A stretch of DNA of 19,203 nt, taken from positions 5,735-24,937 of the forward strand of contig CAYLZE010000043.1 of the NCBI GenBank assembly GCA_964388035.1. Reading direction: 5' to 3'. The stretch comes from an uncultured archaeon (lineage in GTDB: Archaea > Asgardarchaeota > Lokiarchaeia > Sigyniarchaeales > SOKP01). Shown here piece by piece: positions 1 to 8,529 of the stretch (its first letter is position 1; each line of letters opens with the position of its first letter). Under the pieces are notes generated by a model. It was not told the DNA's origin, did not search any database, and saw only the letters and a program-made list of their open reading frames with translations. The position numbers and the translations under genes were made by a program.

Positions 1-1
1 A

Positions 2-1126
2 AGATGGGTTAATACCAATAAAATCCCGATTAAAAATGATAAAGGAGAAGTCTACCAAATTCTGGATGTATCAATGGATATCACGGAGTTAAAGCTGTTT
101 GAAAATAAAATCAAGGATCTCGCCAAATTTCCCGAAGAAAATCCTTTTCCCGTAATGAGAATTGATGAAGAAAAAATATTATATGCTAATAATCCAGCTA
201 AAAAAATGCTCAACCTCCAAGAGGAAAAAAGGATACCCCCATTTCTTAATTCAATGTTGAAAGAAGTTAAAATCTCCAAATCTTTGCAGAGATACGAACA
301 GGAAATAAACAATCGGTATTTATCAATCATTATTGCACCGATTGAAGGAGAGTCTTATTATAATATCTATTGCATGGACATTACAAAAAGAAAGTTAGCT
401 GAAAAAAAATTAACTGAATTCATTTCGAATATTTCCCACGAAATCAAGACCCCATTAACCGCCATAATGCAATCGATTGAAAACTTAAAAAGGTTTGAAG
501 ATTCCTTAACAGTGGAGCAGAAAAAAGATCTCTACGACACCATAAATCAAAATTTAATAAATACATCTGAAATTATTCAAGATTTACTTCTTAGATCTTA
601 TTTAGATGAGAAAAAAATAAAATTAAATTTCGATCTATTTAAAGTGGATGACCTAGTTAAATCGGCCGTTAAATCACTAGCACCTCAAATTAAGATCAAA
701 AATATTGATCTCACTTGTGAAATTGGAAAAGATTTAATAATTCGAGGTGATTATAAAAGAATTGAGCAAGTTTTGCGAATTATTCTGAGTAATGCCGTAA
801 AATACACTAAGAATAGAGGTTCTGTTAAAATAGAAGCCCATGATTATGTTGAAGATTCCTTAAACGTAGGGATATCTGATGGAACCTTGATAAGAATAAC
901 GGATGATGGAATCGGGATTGATAATGAAGATTTATCCCATCTCTTTGAAAGGTATTTTAGAGGGAAAAATGTAAAACAGGTCAGCGGAACGGGGTTAGGA
1001 TTGCCCATTGCGAAAGAATTAATGGAACTTCACAGTAGTAAAATTCATGTAGAAAGTGAGATCGGAAAAGGTTCCTCATTTTCCTTGATCTTTCCAAATA
1101 TTAACCTAAAAGAAAAATATAAATAA
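2..1126 (+). CDS. PAS-domain sensor histidine kinase (PAC-PAS-HisKA-HATPase_c), 5'-truncated by the window edge
   Basis: The frame is open from base 2 (RWVNTNKIPIKNDKGEVYQILDVSMDITELK, a PAC-type motif), so ATG 74 is internal. PAS-like FPEENPFPVMRIDEEKILYANNPA; H box SHEIKTPL; N box ILSNAVKY; G1 DDGIGI; F box LFERYFR; G2 GTGLGL. No TM segment in the visible part. Confidence 0.95.
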   Translation, partial: RWVNTNKIPIKNDKGEVYQILDVSMDITELKLFENKIKDLAKFPEENPFPVMRIDEEKILYANNPAKKMLNLQEEKRIPPFLNSMLKEVKISKSLQRYEQEINNRYLSIIIAPIEGESYYNIYCMDITKRKLAEKKLTEFISNISHEIKTPLTAIMQSIENLKRFEDSLTVEQKKDLYDTINQNLINTSEIIQDLLLRSYLDEKKIKLNFDLFKVDDLVKSAVKSLAPQIKIKNIDLTCEIGKDLIIRGDYKRIEQVLRIILSNAVKYTKNRGSVKIEAHDYVEDSLNVGISDGTLIRITDDGIGIDNEDLSHLFERYFRGKNVKQVSGTGLGLPIAKELMELHSSKIHVESEIGKGSSFSLIFPNINLKEKYK

Positions 1127-1170
1127 GTAGCAATTACTATATTTAAGAAAATCGGTAGTGAAATAATCTT

Positions 1171-1180
1171 ATTTAAGTAG
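1171..1180 (+). promoter_or_regulatory. Candidate archaeal TATA box for response regulator 1
   Basis: ATTTAAGTAG 83 nt before ATG 1254; nearly the same 10-mer (ATTTAAATAG) lies 69 and 72 nt before the starts at 2285 and 4778. AT-rich background limits confidence. Confidence 0.35.
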
Positions 1181-1253
1181 AAGATTATTATTTATATTAT
1201 ATTTTTTTATTTTATGGTATTCACAAGCTCATTTACAGAAAGGGATAAAAAAA

Positions 1254-2132
1254 ATGCACCATTCTTTAATTCTTGTCGTTGAAGATAATATGGATATCTT
1301 GAAGAATCTGAAGATTACGCTGGAATCCTCCAATTATAATGTGATTACAGCATTGGGTGCGGAAAAAGCTTTAAAAGAACTTTCTACGATGGATAAGGTT
1401 CCAGATTTAATTTTGAGCGATATTATGATGCCGGTCATAGATGGATATGAATTTTTTTTAAAGATTTCTTCTAATCCTACATGGAATTCCATTCCCTTTA
1501 TTTTTCTTTCAGCAAAAAGTTCCCCAGATGATGTTAGGTTAGGTAAGTTATTGGGAGCTGATGATTATATTACTAAGCCGTTTCAGATGGAAGATTTACT
1601 AGCGGTAATAAAAGGTAAAATACGGCGTAATGAACATGCCAAATTAATAAATAATGAGCTTAATAAATCTTCCATATTAACATCTCTTAAAAAAGCGTCG
1701 AAAAGTGAACCAAAAAAGTTAGATATCCTTTTGTTCATTGTATATTGGGATGAAGAATATGGTCCTACTTTGAAAGATTATTGTCCTAAGGATGTAATAG
1801 ATAAACCAACTATCGAAAAGATTAGCGAAGAAGTATTTAATAGTTCCCGCTTGATTTTTAATGATAACACAAAATTGAAAGGAGAAACTATTTTATTGGA
1901 CATGCATTATTTAAAAAAAAGGGGATACCTCTTCTTTGATTCTTATCCGGATGACACTAAAAATGCTAAGGAGTTCCCATATATGATTGGAGTCATCTCT
2001 CCTTCCATCACATACCTTCAATCCTTATCCATAAAAAAAGTATTGAATAACCTTTCAATGTGCGTAAAAAGAGAAGAAAAAAACAATATAAGTTATTTTT
2101 GGCAAAATATTGTAAACATTCTCTTAGAATAG
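1254..2132 (+). CDS. Response regulator: N-terminal receiver (REC) + C-terminal putative longin/u-DENN-like domain (paralog 1)
   Basis: REC motifs VVEDN, LSDIMMP (phospho-acceptor D56), FLSAK, KPF. C-terminal part starts LFIVYWDEEYGPTLKDYCP and has a longin-like strand/helix order. REC call is firm; the longin call is by-eye inference. Confidence 0.9.
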   Translation: MHHSLILVVEDNMDILKNLKITLESSNYNVITALGAEKALKELSTMDKVPDLILSDIMMPVIDGYEFFLKISSNPTWNSIPFIFLSAKSSPDDVRLGKLLGADDYITKPFQMEDLLAVIKGKIRRNEHAKLINNELNKSSILTSLKKASKSEPKKLDILLFIVYWDEEYGPTLKDYCPKDVIDKPTIEKISEEVFNSSRLIFNDNTKLKGETILLDMHYLKKRGYLFFDSYPDDTKNAKEFPYMIGVISPSITYLQSLSIKKVLNNLSMCVKREEKNNISYFWQNIVNILLE

Positions 2133-2215
2133 GACACCACCAGTCACTTCTTTTGAAGAGAAATTTTAATATTACTGTGACATTTAAATTACATGTATTT
2201 AGATAAAAAATAAAT

Positions 2216-2225
2216 ATTTAAATAG
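2216..2225 (+). promoter_or_regulatory. Candidate archaeal TATA box for response regulator 2
   Basis: ATTTAAATAG preceded by an A-rich BRE-like stretch, 69 nt before ATG 2285; identical 10-mer at 4706-4715. Confidence 0.4.
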
Positions 2226-2284
2226 AAAGTCAAATTTCCTTAAAAATTGATTTTTTAATTATAAAGGTTTTCTTTAATTAAAAT

Positions 2285-3193
2285 ATGTTATCTGAGACAA
2301 CTAAGGAAAATAATTTAATATTAGTAGTGGATGATGATCCTCTCATTTTAGAAAGTGTCTCAATAATGTTAGAACTGAATAATTTCCGTGTCATTACGGC
2401 AAAAAATGGGGAACGCGCAATTGAAAAACTCTTAAAATTAGAAAGTCCCCCTGATATAATCTTGAGCGATATATGCATGCCTGGAATGGATGGGTATCAA
2501 TTCTTCATGAATGTAATGAAAAATCCTCAGTGGAGTCAAATACCCTTTATTTTTTTAACCGGACTCTCCTCTCCGAAAGAAATACGATTCGCTAAAAGCA
2601 TGGGGGTGGATGATTATATCACTAAACCTTTTAAAGAAAATGACCTATTAGCTATTATTATAGGAAAACTCACTCGAAAAAGTAGATCTCTCCAGGTAGA
2701 AAATACAATTAAAATTAATCATCTGAACTTTGAACGAGAAATTACTTTAAATATTAAAAATCAAATGGATGTTATTTTGATTTTCTACATATGGGATGAT
2801 GCTGATGGACCATTATTGGATAAATCTTATCCCGAAGATCTTCCAAATAAAAGTAAAATTGAAAAGTTAGGAGCACATTTATTCCATTCCTCGCGTCTAA
2901 TTTATGGAGAAAATCCGATTAATGAAGCCGAGGATCTCTTACTTAGAATGAATTCTATCCAAAAAGATTGTTTTATCTATTTCGATTACATCCCCGATGC
3001 ACAAACAAGGGCAAAAAAAAAAGAATACATGATTGCCTTGATTGCCCCAACTATTACATATTATCATACATTTGAAATTCAAAAATTATTTAAAGAACTC
3101 TCTGCTGAAATCAAGAATAAGAGCAATATTAAACTAAAACGATATTGGGATAATTGCATGGTAATTTTAAGTACGTCGAAATGGAGTGAATAA
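2285..3193 (+). CDS. Response regulator: N-terminal receiver (REC) + C-terminal putative longin/u-DENN-like domain (paralog 2)
   Basis: REC motifs VVDDD, LSDICMP (D62), FLTG, KPF. C-terminal LIFYIWDDADGPLLDKSYP ... FDYIPDAQTRAKKKEYMIALIAP is collinear with paralog 1. Confidence 0.9.
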   Translation: MLSETTKENNLILVVDDDPLILESVSIMLELNNFRVITAKNGERAIEKLLKLESPPDIILSDICMPGMDGYQFFMNVMKNPQWSQIPFIFLTGLSSPKEIRFAKSMGVDDYITKPFKENDLLAIIIGKLTRKSRSLQVENTIKINHLNFEREITLNIKNQMDVILIFYIWDDADGPLLDKSYPEDLPNKSKIEKLGAHLFHSSRLIYGENPINEAEDLLLRMNSIQKDCFIYFDYIPDAQTRAKKKEYMIALIAPTITYYHTFEIQKLFKELSAEIKNKSNIKLKRYWDNCMVILSTSKWSE

Positions 3194-3457
3194 ATTAATT
3201 TGTTATGATTTTTCTTTCAATTTTTCATTTCCTAATATGTGCGTGTTGTAGTCTATAATAAGCTTTAAAATTCTTACCAATTTTTAAAATTCTTCATCTC
3301 TTTTAATATATTATGAAATTTAATTAACATTCTCTAAGATTTTTGGAAATGAATCATAATTAATAAAAACTAAGAAATTTAATTAAATTAACAATAACTT
3401 AATAATTAATAACTTTGAGAAGCAATAATATTCTATATAATAAAACTAATATAAAAA

Positions 3458-4453
3458 GTGATTAATTTGACAGTTCTGGTAACAGGCGCTAATGGGTTTA
3501 TGGGTTCAAATATTGTAAGAGAATTGATTAAAGATAGTGAAGATATTCGGGTCACAATTAGAAAAAGTAGTGATACGCTAAATATTGATAATCTGGATGT
3601 GGAAAAGGTCTATTGCGATATTCGGGACAAAAAATCCGTAAAAGCAGCGCTAAAAGGATGTGATACTCTTTTTCATATTGCTGCCTATTTCCATCATTGG
3701 GCGCCAGATAAGCAATTATTTTATGATATTAATGTGGAGGGTACTAAAAATATTCTTGAAGAAGCACTTAACCAAGGATTAGAAAAAGTTGTTTATACTA
3801 GCACTTCCAATACAATTGGTTCTCATGGTGCGGGGAATTATGTCAACGAGGAGGCAGAATTCAACGGTTTTGAGGCGGGAGATCATTATGCCATTTCAAA
3901 ATATTATGCTGAAATAGAAGCGAAGAAAATTTGCGAGAGGGGTCTTCCCTTAGTAATAGTAAACCCTACATTGGTTATTGGAGTGAGGGACCGCAAGCCA
4001 ACACCCTCTGGAGCGTTAATCGTGGATATTGCTAATGGGGACATGCCCGGATATATTGAAGGAGCAATTAATGTTATAGATGTGGAAGATGTGGCACGTG
4101 GACATGTTCTTGCTGCCAAGAAAGGAAGAATTGGGGAAAGATATCTTTTCGGCAATGAAAACTTGTTCGTAGGAGAGTTTTTTAACATGATTGCAGAAAT
4201 TGCGGGCGTGAAACCACCAACAAGGAAAATTCCCTATCATGTTGCCTTATTTTTAGGGTATCTTTTTCAGATGGTAGCTCGCATTACAAAAAAAGCTCCT
4301 ATTGTTTCGGTATCACAAGTAAAGCTCGGAAACATGGGAGAGCATTTTGATTGTTCCAAAGCGATAAACGAATTGGGTTTGCCACAAACACCCATCAAGA
4401 AAACTGTTGAAAAAGCATTTAACTGGTTTAAAGATAATGGTTATATAAAATGA
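3458..4453 (+). CDS. NAD-dependent epimerase/dehydratase, extended SDR (HpnA / dihydroflavonol-4-reductase-like)
   Basis: TGANGFMG Rossmann motif, FHIAA, INVEGT, YTS, catalytic YAISK (YxxxK), VNP, IDVEDVARGH, GERY. GTG start (TTG at 3467 is an alternative). Confidence 0.9.
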   Translation: MINLTVLVTGANGFMGSNIVRELIKDSEDIRVTIRKSSDTLNIDNLDVEKVYCDIRDKKSVKAALKGCDTLFHIAAYFHHWAPDKQLFYDINVEGTKNILEEALNQGLEKVVYTSTSNTIGSHGAGNYVNEEAEFNGFEAGDHYAISKYYAEIEAKKICERGLPLVIVNPTLVIGVRDRKPTPSGALIVDIANGDMPGYIEGAINVIDVEDVARGHVLAAKKGRIGERYLFGNENLFVGEFFNMIAEIAGVKPPTRKIPYHVALFLGYLFQMVARITKKAPIVSVSQVKLGNMGEHFDCSKAINELGLPQTPIKKTVEKAFNWFKDNGYIK

Positions 4454-4497
4454 TGGAGTAAGTCACGCTAAAATTATTATAGAAAATACTTTTTTTA

Positions 4498-4635
4498 TCA
4501 GTTATATCCACCTATTATTAGACCATGCTTTAAAGAGTTCTCGATTTCATCGAGCAAGTCGTGAATTTTAATTCCTTCGGTCAACCTAGCAAGAAATTCA
4601 TTCTCAAAGTTCCTTTGGAAGTTTATTATGCTCAT
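4498..4635 (-). pseudogene. 45-aa ORF, possible truncated PPC/DUF296-like gene remnant or small protein
   Basis: Translated by hand: MSIINFQRNFENEFLARLTEGIKIHDLLDEIENSLKHGLIIGGYN*. It occupies a locally GC-richer part of the spacer. FLARLxxG..I.D.L.E.....LKHGLIIGG resembles the start of PPC/DUF296 domains as recalled. Confidence 0.35.
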
Positions 4636-4705
4636 GAATAAAAAGTGCAGATTAAAGTGTTTAAGAAAATAGTGATGTAAATAACACCTTTTAGAAATAA
4701 AATAA

Positions 4706-4715
4706 ATTTAAATAG
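4706..4715 (+). promoter_or_regulatory. Candidate archaeal TATA box for the asparaginase gene
   Basis: ATTTAAATAG preceded by A-rich sequence, 72 nt before ATG 4778. Confidence 0.4.
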
Positions 4716-4777
4716 CTGAGCTGAATTAATTCGATCATATTCATAAATAATGCGATAGTTTATCAGGAATAAACATC

Positions 4778-5803
4778 ATGATCGTCATTTCTTCTCCAAA
4801 TGGATTAATCGGGATTAAAAAATCTATTGAAATATTAAAAAAGGGAGGTTCAGCCATGGATGCTGTTGAAGCAGGGATTCGATTGGTAGAATCAAACCCC
4901 ATTGACCATAGCGTGGGCTTTGGTGGGTTTCCAAATATTCGGGGTGAAGTGGAGCTCGATGCAGGAATAATGGACGGTAAATCATTGAATGCAGGAGCTG
5001 TTGGAGCCATGAAAGAATTTAAACACCCGATTTCCGTCGCAAGAAAGATCATAGACCTTTTACCTCATGTATTTCTCGTGGGCGCTGGTGCAGAACATTT
5101 TGCAGATCAAATGGGTTTTAAAAAATCAAAATTGCTCACTCCCGAAATTCAGAAATTCTGGGAACTGCGTTTGAGAGCAGAATCACCCGATATCGATTTA
5201 AAAAAATTAAAAAAATAACCAGACTTGTGGAAACTCACGGAAATCGGAACAGATCCCGAAAAAACTGCTCAATGGATGGTTCAAAAATCCTCGGAGGATC
5301 CTAACTTTAAAAAATTAGTGGAAGATTTTAATAAATTATGGATGATAACCGGGACGGTTAATTTTCTTGCCCAAGATAAGGAAGGAAATATTTGTGCTGG
5401 AACAAGCACGAGTGGATGGGCGGGAAAATACCCCGGTAGATTAGGGGATTCTCCAATAATTGGGGCGGGTTTGTACGCAGATAATCGTTATGGAGCAGCG
5501 GCTTGTACTGGCATGGGGGAGATGGCGATACGAGCTAGCACTGCACGTAGCGTTATTTTTTATCTTAAAATGGGTTATTCCTTATTGGATGCGGGACGGC
5601 AAGCAATGATCGATCTAAATGATTTAGAAGGTCGTTATTTAAGCCGCATGAATATTGTCATGATGGACAAAGATGGGAATCCTGCTGCCTTCAGTAATGA
5701 TAAAAATCAAAAATATATTTACATTACAGAAAAAATGAGTGAACCTAACATAGAAACTCGCATTCATGTTCCAACAAAAATGCAATGGAACAAAAATAAT
5801 TAA
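4778..5803 (+). pseudogene. Ntn-hydrolase type-2 asparaginase (glycosylasparaginase / isoaspartyl peptidase family) interrupted by one in-frame TAA at 5216-5218
   Basis: ORFs 4778-5218 and 5225-5803 are in the same frame (...DLKKLKK*PDLWKL...). N-part: AMDAVEAG, SVGFGGFPN, ELDAGIMDG, HPISVAR. C-part: G|TVNF nucleophile Thr (5354-5356), TSTSG, PGRLGDSPIIGAG, CTGMGE. Family call is firm; pseudogene vs functional split vs sequencing error is unresolved. Confidence 0.8.
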
Positions 5804-5901
5804 CATGACATTTAAAATTAAAAAAAAATCAAAGTTCAACATTAGGAGTTTAAAATCAAAACGTTCATGTTCGTCGCATTGTTACTATCGCAATAAAAAA
5901 A

Positions 5902-5913
5902 AACCTTTATTAA
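5902..5913 (+). promoter_or_regulatory. Putative BRE/TATA element of DMT paralog 1
   Basis: AACCTTTATTAA 68 nt before ATG 5970; the identical 12-mer lies 70 nt before the paralog's ATG. Confidence 0.55.
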
Positions 5914-5969
5914 TAAATTTGACAAATTAATTCTTATATTTTTAAATCAAAAAGATGTGCTAAACAATA

Positions 5970-6860
5970 ATGGAAGGGTCATTTTATCTTTTAGGTGTTT
6001 CTTTAGCAATAATAAGCGGGATCGTGAATAATTTGGGCTCTGTTTTTCAGAAAAAGGTAGTAAATGATTTGCCTGGTGAAGCCAAATTTTTCAGGAGTTT
6101 AATTAAAAACCCGCTTTGGCTCTTTGGATTAATAATGCAAAACGGAATTGGTGCGATCTTTTTCATGATAGCTCAATTATATATTGGACCGGCGCTCATT
6201 CCCGGCCTAATGGCTTTTGGCTTGATCTTTTTAGCTATCGGCTCAGTAAAAATAGTGGGAGAATCGTTAAAAAAAGAGGAAATTTCAGGCATCATTATAA
6301 TGGTGGTTGCAATTTTCTTATTGGGCCTCTCAGAATTAAGTATAGATATTACGGGTATAGACATGCTCCAAGGAATGTTGATTTTTAATATGACCGTTTT
6401 TACAGTAAGTCTATATGGTGGGACTTTACTCTGCGAAATTCTTCAAAGGAAGAGCGCAAGATTTAAGGGAATTTTACTGTCCATCTCTTCAGGTTTTCAA
6501 TTTTCGTTAACTAACTTTTGGGTAGCCCCCATGATGGCCTTCTTTGCCGCAGTTTTTACTGGTAATGCGAGTTTGGGCGGGATAATTCTTTTTATTGTAA
6601 CCGCCGTGATTTTAGTCGTTTCAAGTATAATCGGAATGGCAGAAATTAACCAAGCATTTCAAGTGGCAAATGCCAGCCGAATGATTCCAATACAACAAGT
6701 TCCCATTCAAATCACGCCCATTCTCGTATATTTCTTGGTTTTTTCATTATTAGCCCCCAGTATCATGTCTTCCTTTTTGGTGGTAATTTCAGTGACATTT
6801 ATAATTATCAGTTCCTTCTTGCTGGCTAAACGGCAAGCACAATTAGAAGCAATTAAATAG
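5970..6860 (+). CDS. DMT-superfamily membrane transporter, NIPA/Mg2+-transporter-like (paralog 1)
   Basis: About 9 hydrophobic segments; LAI.SG..NNLG.VFQKK, LIKNPLWLFGL, GPALIPGL, VGESL..EEI.G, NQAFQ..NAS.MIPI match the NIPA-type DMT pattern. Substrate cannot be determined. Confidence 0.8.
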   Translation: MEGSFYLLGVSLAIISGIVNNLGSVFQKKVVNDLPGEAKFFRSLIKNPLWLFGLIMQNGIGAIFFMIAQLYIGPALIPGLMAFGLIFLAIGSVKIVGESLKKEEISGIIIMVVAIFLLGLSELSIDITGIDMLQGMLIFNMTVFTVSLYGGTLLCEILQRKSARFKGILLSISSGFQFSLTNFWVAPMMAFFAAVFTGNASLGGIILFIVTAVILVVSSIIGMAEINQAFQVANASRMIPIQQVPIQITPILVYFLVFSLLAPSIMSSFLVVISVTFIIISSFLLAKRQAQLEAIK

Positions 6861-6885
6861 GAAAGAAATCAAAATTAAAAATTAA

Positions 6886-6895
6886 TTTTTTTTTT
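6886..6895 (+). terminator. Oligo-T tract, candidate archaeal terminator
   Basis: T10 run starting 26 nt after the DMT1 stop codon. Confidence 0.45.
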
Positions 6896-7036
6896 AACCA
6901 TATATCCTAATGATTTCAATTAGAGAAAATAATGTATATTTTGACCTTAATAATTTAATTTTTATTTGTTTGGGTCATAAATTTAAAAGTAAATAAATTA
7001 TTTTAATATTGTAATTGAAAAGGGTGGATTCAATAA

Positions 7037-8398
7037 ATGGACCAATTAACTGCAATTGTTATAGGGGCTGGAGACCGGGGAGCTCATGCCTATGCATCGT
7101 ATGCATTGGAATATCCTAAAGAATTGAAAATTGTAGGTGTAGCAGAGCCCAATGCTATTCGGCGCAATAATTTAGCCAATGCGCATCATATAAAACAAGA
7201 GAATCAACTAAACGAGTGGAGAGACGTATTTGATCGTCCTAAATTTGCGGACTTCATAATTCTCACCACAAATGATCAAATGCATTTTGAACCTGCCACG
7301 AAAGCAATGGAACAAGGATATCATGTCCTATTGGAAAAACCGATGGCTACTAAAGTGGAAGAATGCCGCCAATTAGTAGAAACTGCTGAAAAAAGGGGTA
7401 TAATTTTACAAATAGGCCACGTGCTCAGGTACACGAAATTGTTTAGCAAAATTAAGGAAATCATTGACTCTGGTAAGTTAGGCAAAATCACCGCTATTAA
7501 TTACTCTATAGATTTGAGCTATTGGGTGTATGCTCATAGTTTTGTGAGAGGCACGTGGCGCGACTCGAAAGAAACTTCACCGATGATATTAGCCAAGGCA
7601 TGCCACGATATGGACATGCTATATTGGTTTGCCGGTGCTGATCCGGTTAAGATTTCATCATTTTCCTCTCCAAGTTATCTTACAAAGAAAAATCGTCCAG
7701 AAGGCGCTCCAAATAGGTGCACGGATGGATGTCCCCATCTTAACACGTGTCAATATAACGCGATTGATTTTTATCTCAAGTCCGTTCAATTTTATAAAGA
7801 TCTCATTTTCACCGAGAAAAAAGGCATGCGCGTGTTCATTCAATTTTGGAAAAATCATCCCAAATTGGCAAGAACCTTAATTCCTATTTTAAAAAATCGC
7901 ACTCCCTATCGAGGATGGCCCATAAGTACCATATCTGAAGATCTATCCGATGAGGGCATTCTGAAAGCCTTAAAGGAAGGAAATTATGGGCGTTGCGTGT
8001 ATGCTTGCGATAATGATCAAGTTGCCTCTCAAGTAACTATTATTGAATTCGCAAATCAAATTTTGGCAACATTGACGATGCACGGGCAATCCTATCGAGA
8101 AGGGCGGACTATTCGAATTGACGGCAGTAAGGGGAGTCTTATTGGCAGATTCACGATGATGGGAATGCCCTTATCTTTTTATGATCATCTAACCGGAAAA
8201 ACAACATCCTTTAAAATAAAAATGGGGCAATCCGAGCATGGCGTGGAAGATTGGCCTTTATTAAAAGGTTTCATGGCCACAATTAGGGGAGAAGCAAAGC
8301 CATTGACCTCCGCAAGAGAATCCCTTCAAAGCCATTTGATGTGTTTTGCTGCAGATCAATCAACAAGGGAGAATAAAAATATTTATTTGAATAATTGA
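7037..8398 (+). CDS. Gfo/Idh/MocA-family NAD(P)-dependent oxidoreductase
   Basis: IGAGDRG Rossmann start, HVLLEKPMA, GHVLRY, GKLG, AKACHDMD catalytic-type motif; Cys-rich segments RCTDGCP...C and GRCVYACDND. Confidence 0.92.
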   Translation: MDQLTAIVIGAGDRGAHAYASYALEYPKELKIVGVAEPNAIRRNNLANAHHIKQENQLNEWRDVFDRPKFADFIILTTNDQMHFEPATKAMEQGYHVLLEKPMATKVEECRQLVETAEKRGIILQIGHVLRYTKLFSKIKEIIDSGKLGKITAINYSIDLSYWVYAHSFVRGTWRDSKETSPMILAKACHDMDMLYWFAGADPVKISSFSSPSYLTKKNRPEGAPNRCTDGCPHLNTCQYNAIDFYLKSVQFYKDLIFTEKKGMRVFIQFWKNHPKLARTLIPILKNRTPYRGWPISTISEDLSDEGILKALKEGNYGRCVYACDNDQVASQVTIIEFANQILATLTMHGQSYREGRTIRIDGSKGSLIGRFTMMGMPLSFYDHLTGKTTSFKIKMGQSEHGVEDWPLLKGFMATIRGEAKPLTSARESLQSHLMCFAADQSTRENKNIYLNN

Positions 8399-8459
8399 AA
8401 ATTGTTGGACAATAATTGCGGTTTGATATTAACTATTTATTTTTAAAATTGAAGAAAAG

Positions 8460-8471
8460 AACCTTTATTAA
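8460..8471 (+). promoter_or_regulatory. Putative BRE/TATA element of DMT paralog 2
   Basis: AACCTTTATTAA 70 nt before ATG 8530, identical to 5902-5913. Confidence 0.55.
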
Positions 8472-8529
8472 AGAATCCCACCAAATGTTATATATCTTTT
8501 CAATTAAAAATGCAAGATGATAAGAAGGA

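Noticed and set aside
3264-3294. Direct repeat TTTAAAATTCTT (3264-3275, 3283-3294; also 16378-16389)
   Set aside because: Low-complexity AT-rich 12-mer, only two local copies; not CRISPR-like and plausible by chance.
3458-4453. Hopanoid biosynthesis implied by HpnA-like SDR
   Set aside because: No squalene synthase or cyclase in the window; this SDR subfamily is broad.
5216-5218. Stop-codon reassignment, selenocysteine or pyrrolysine readthrough in the asparaginase
   Set aside because: The codon is TAA, not TGA/TAG, and TAA ends many other genes in the window.
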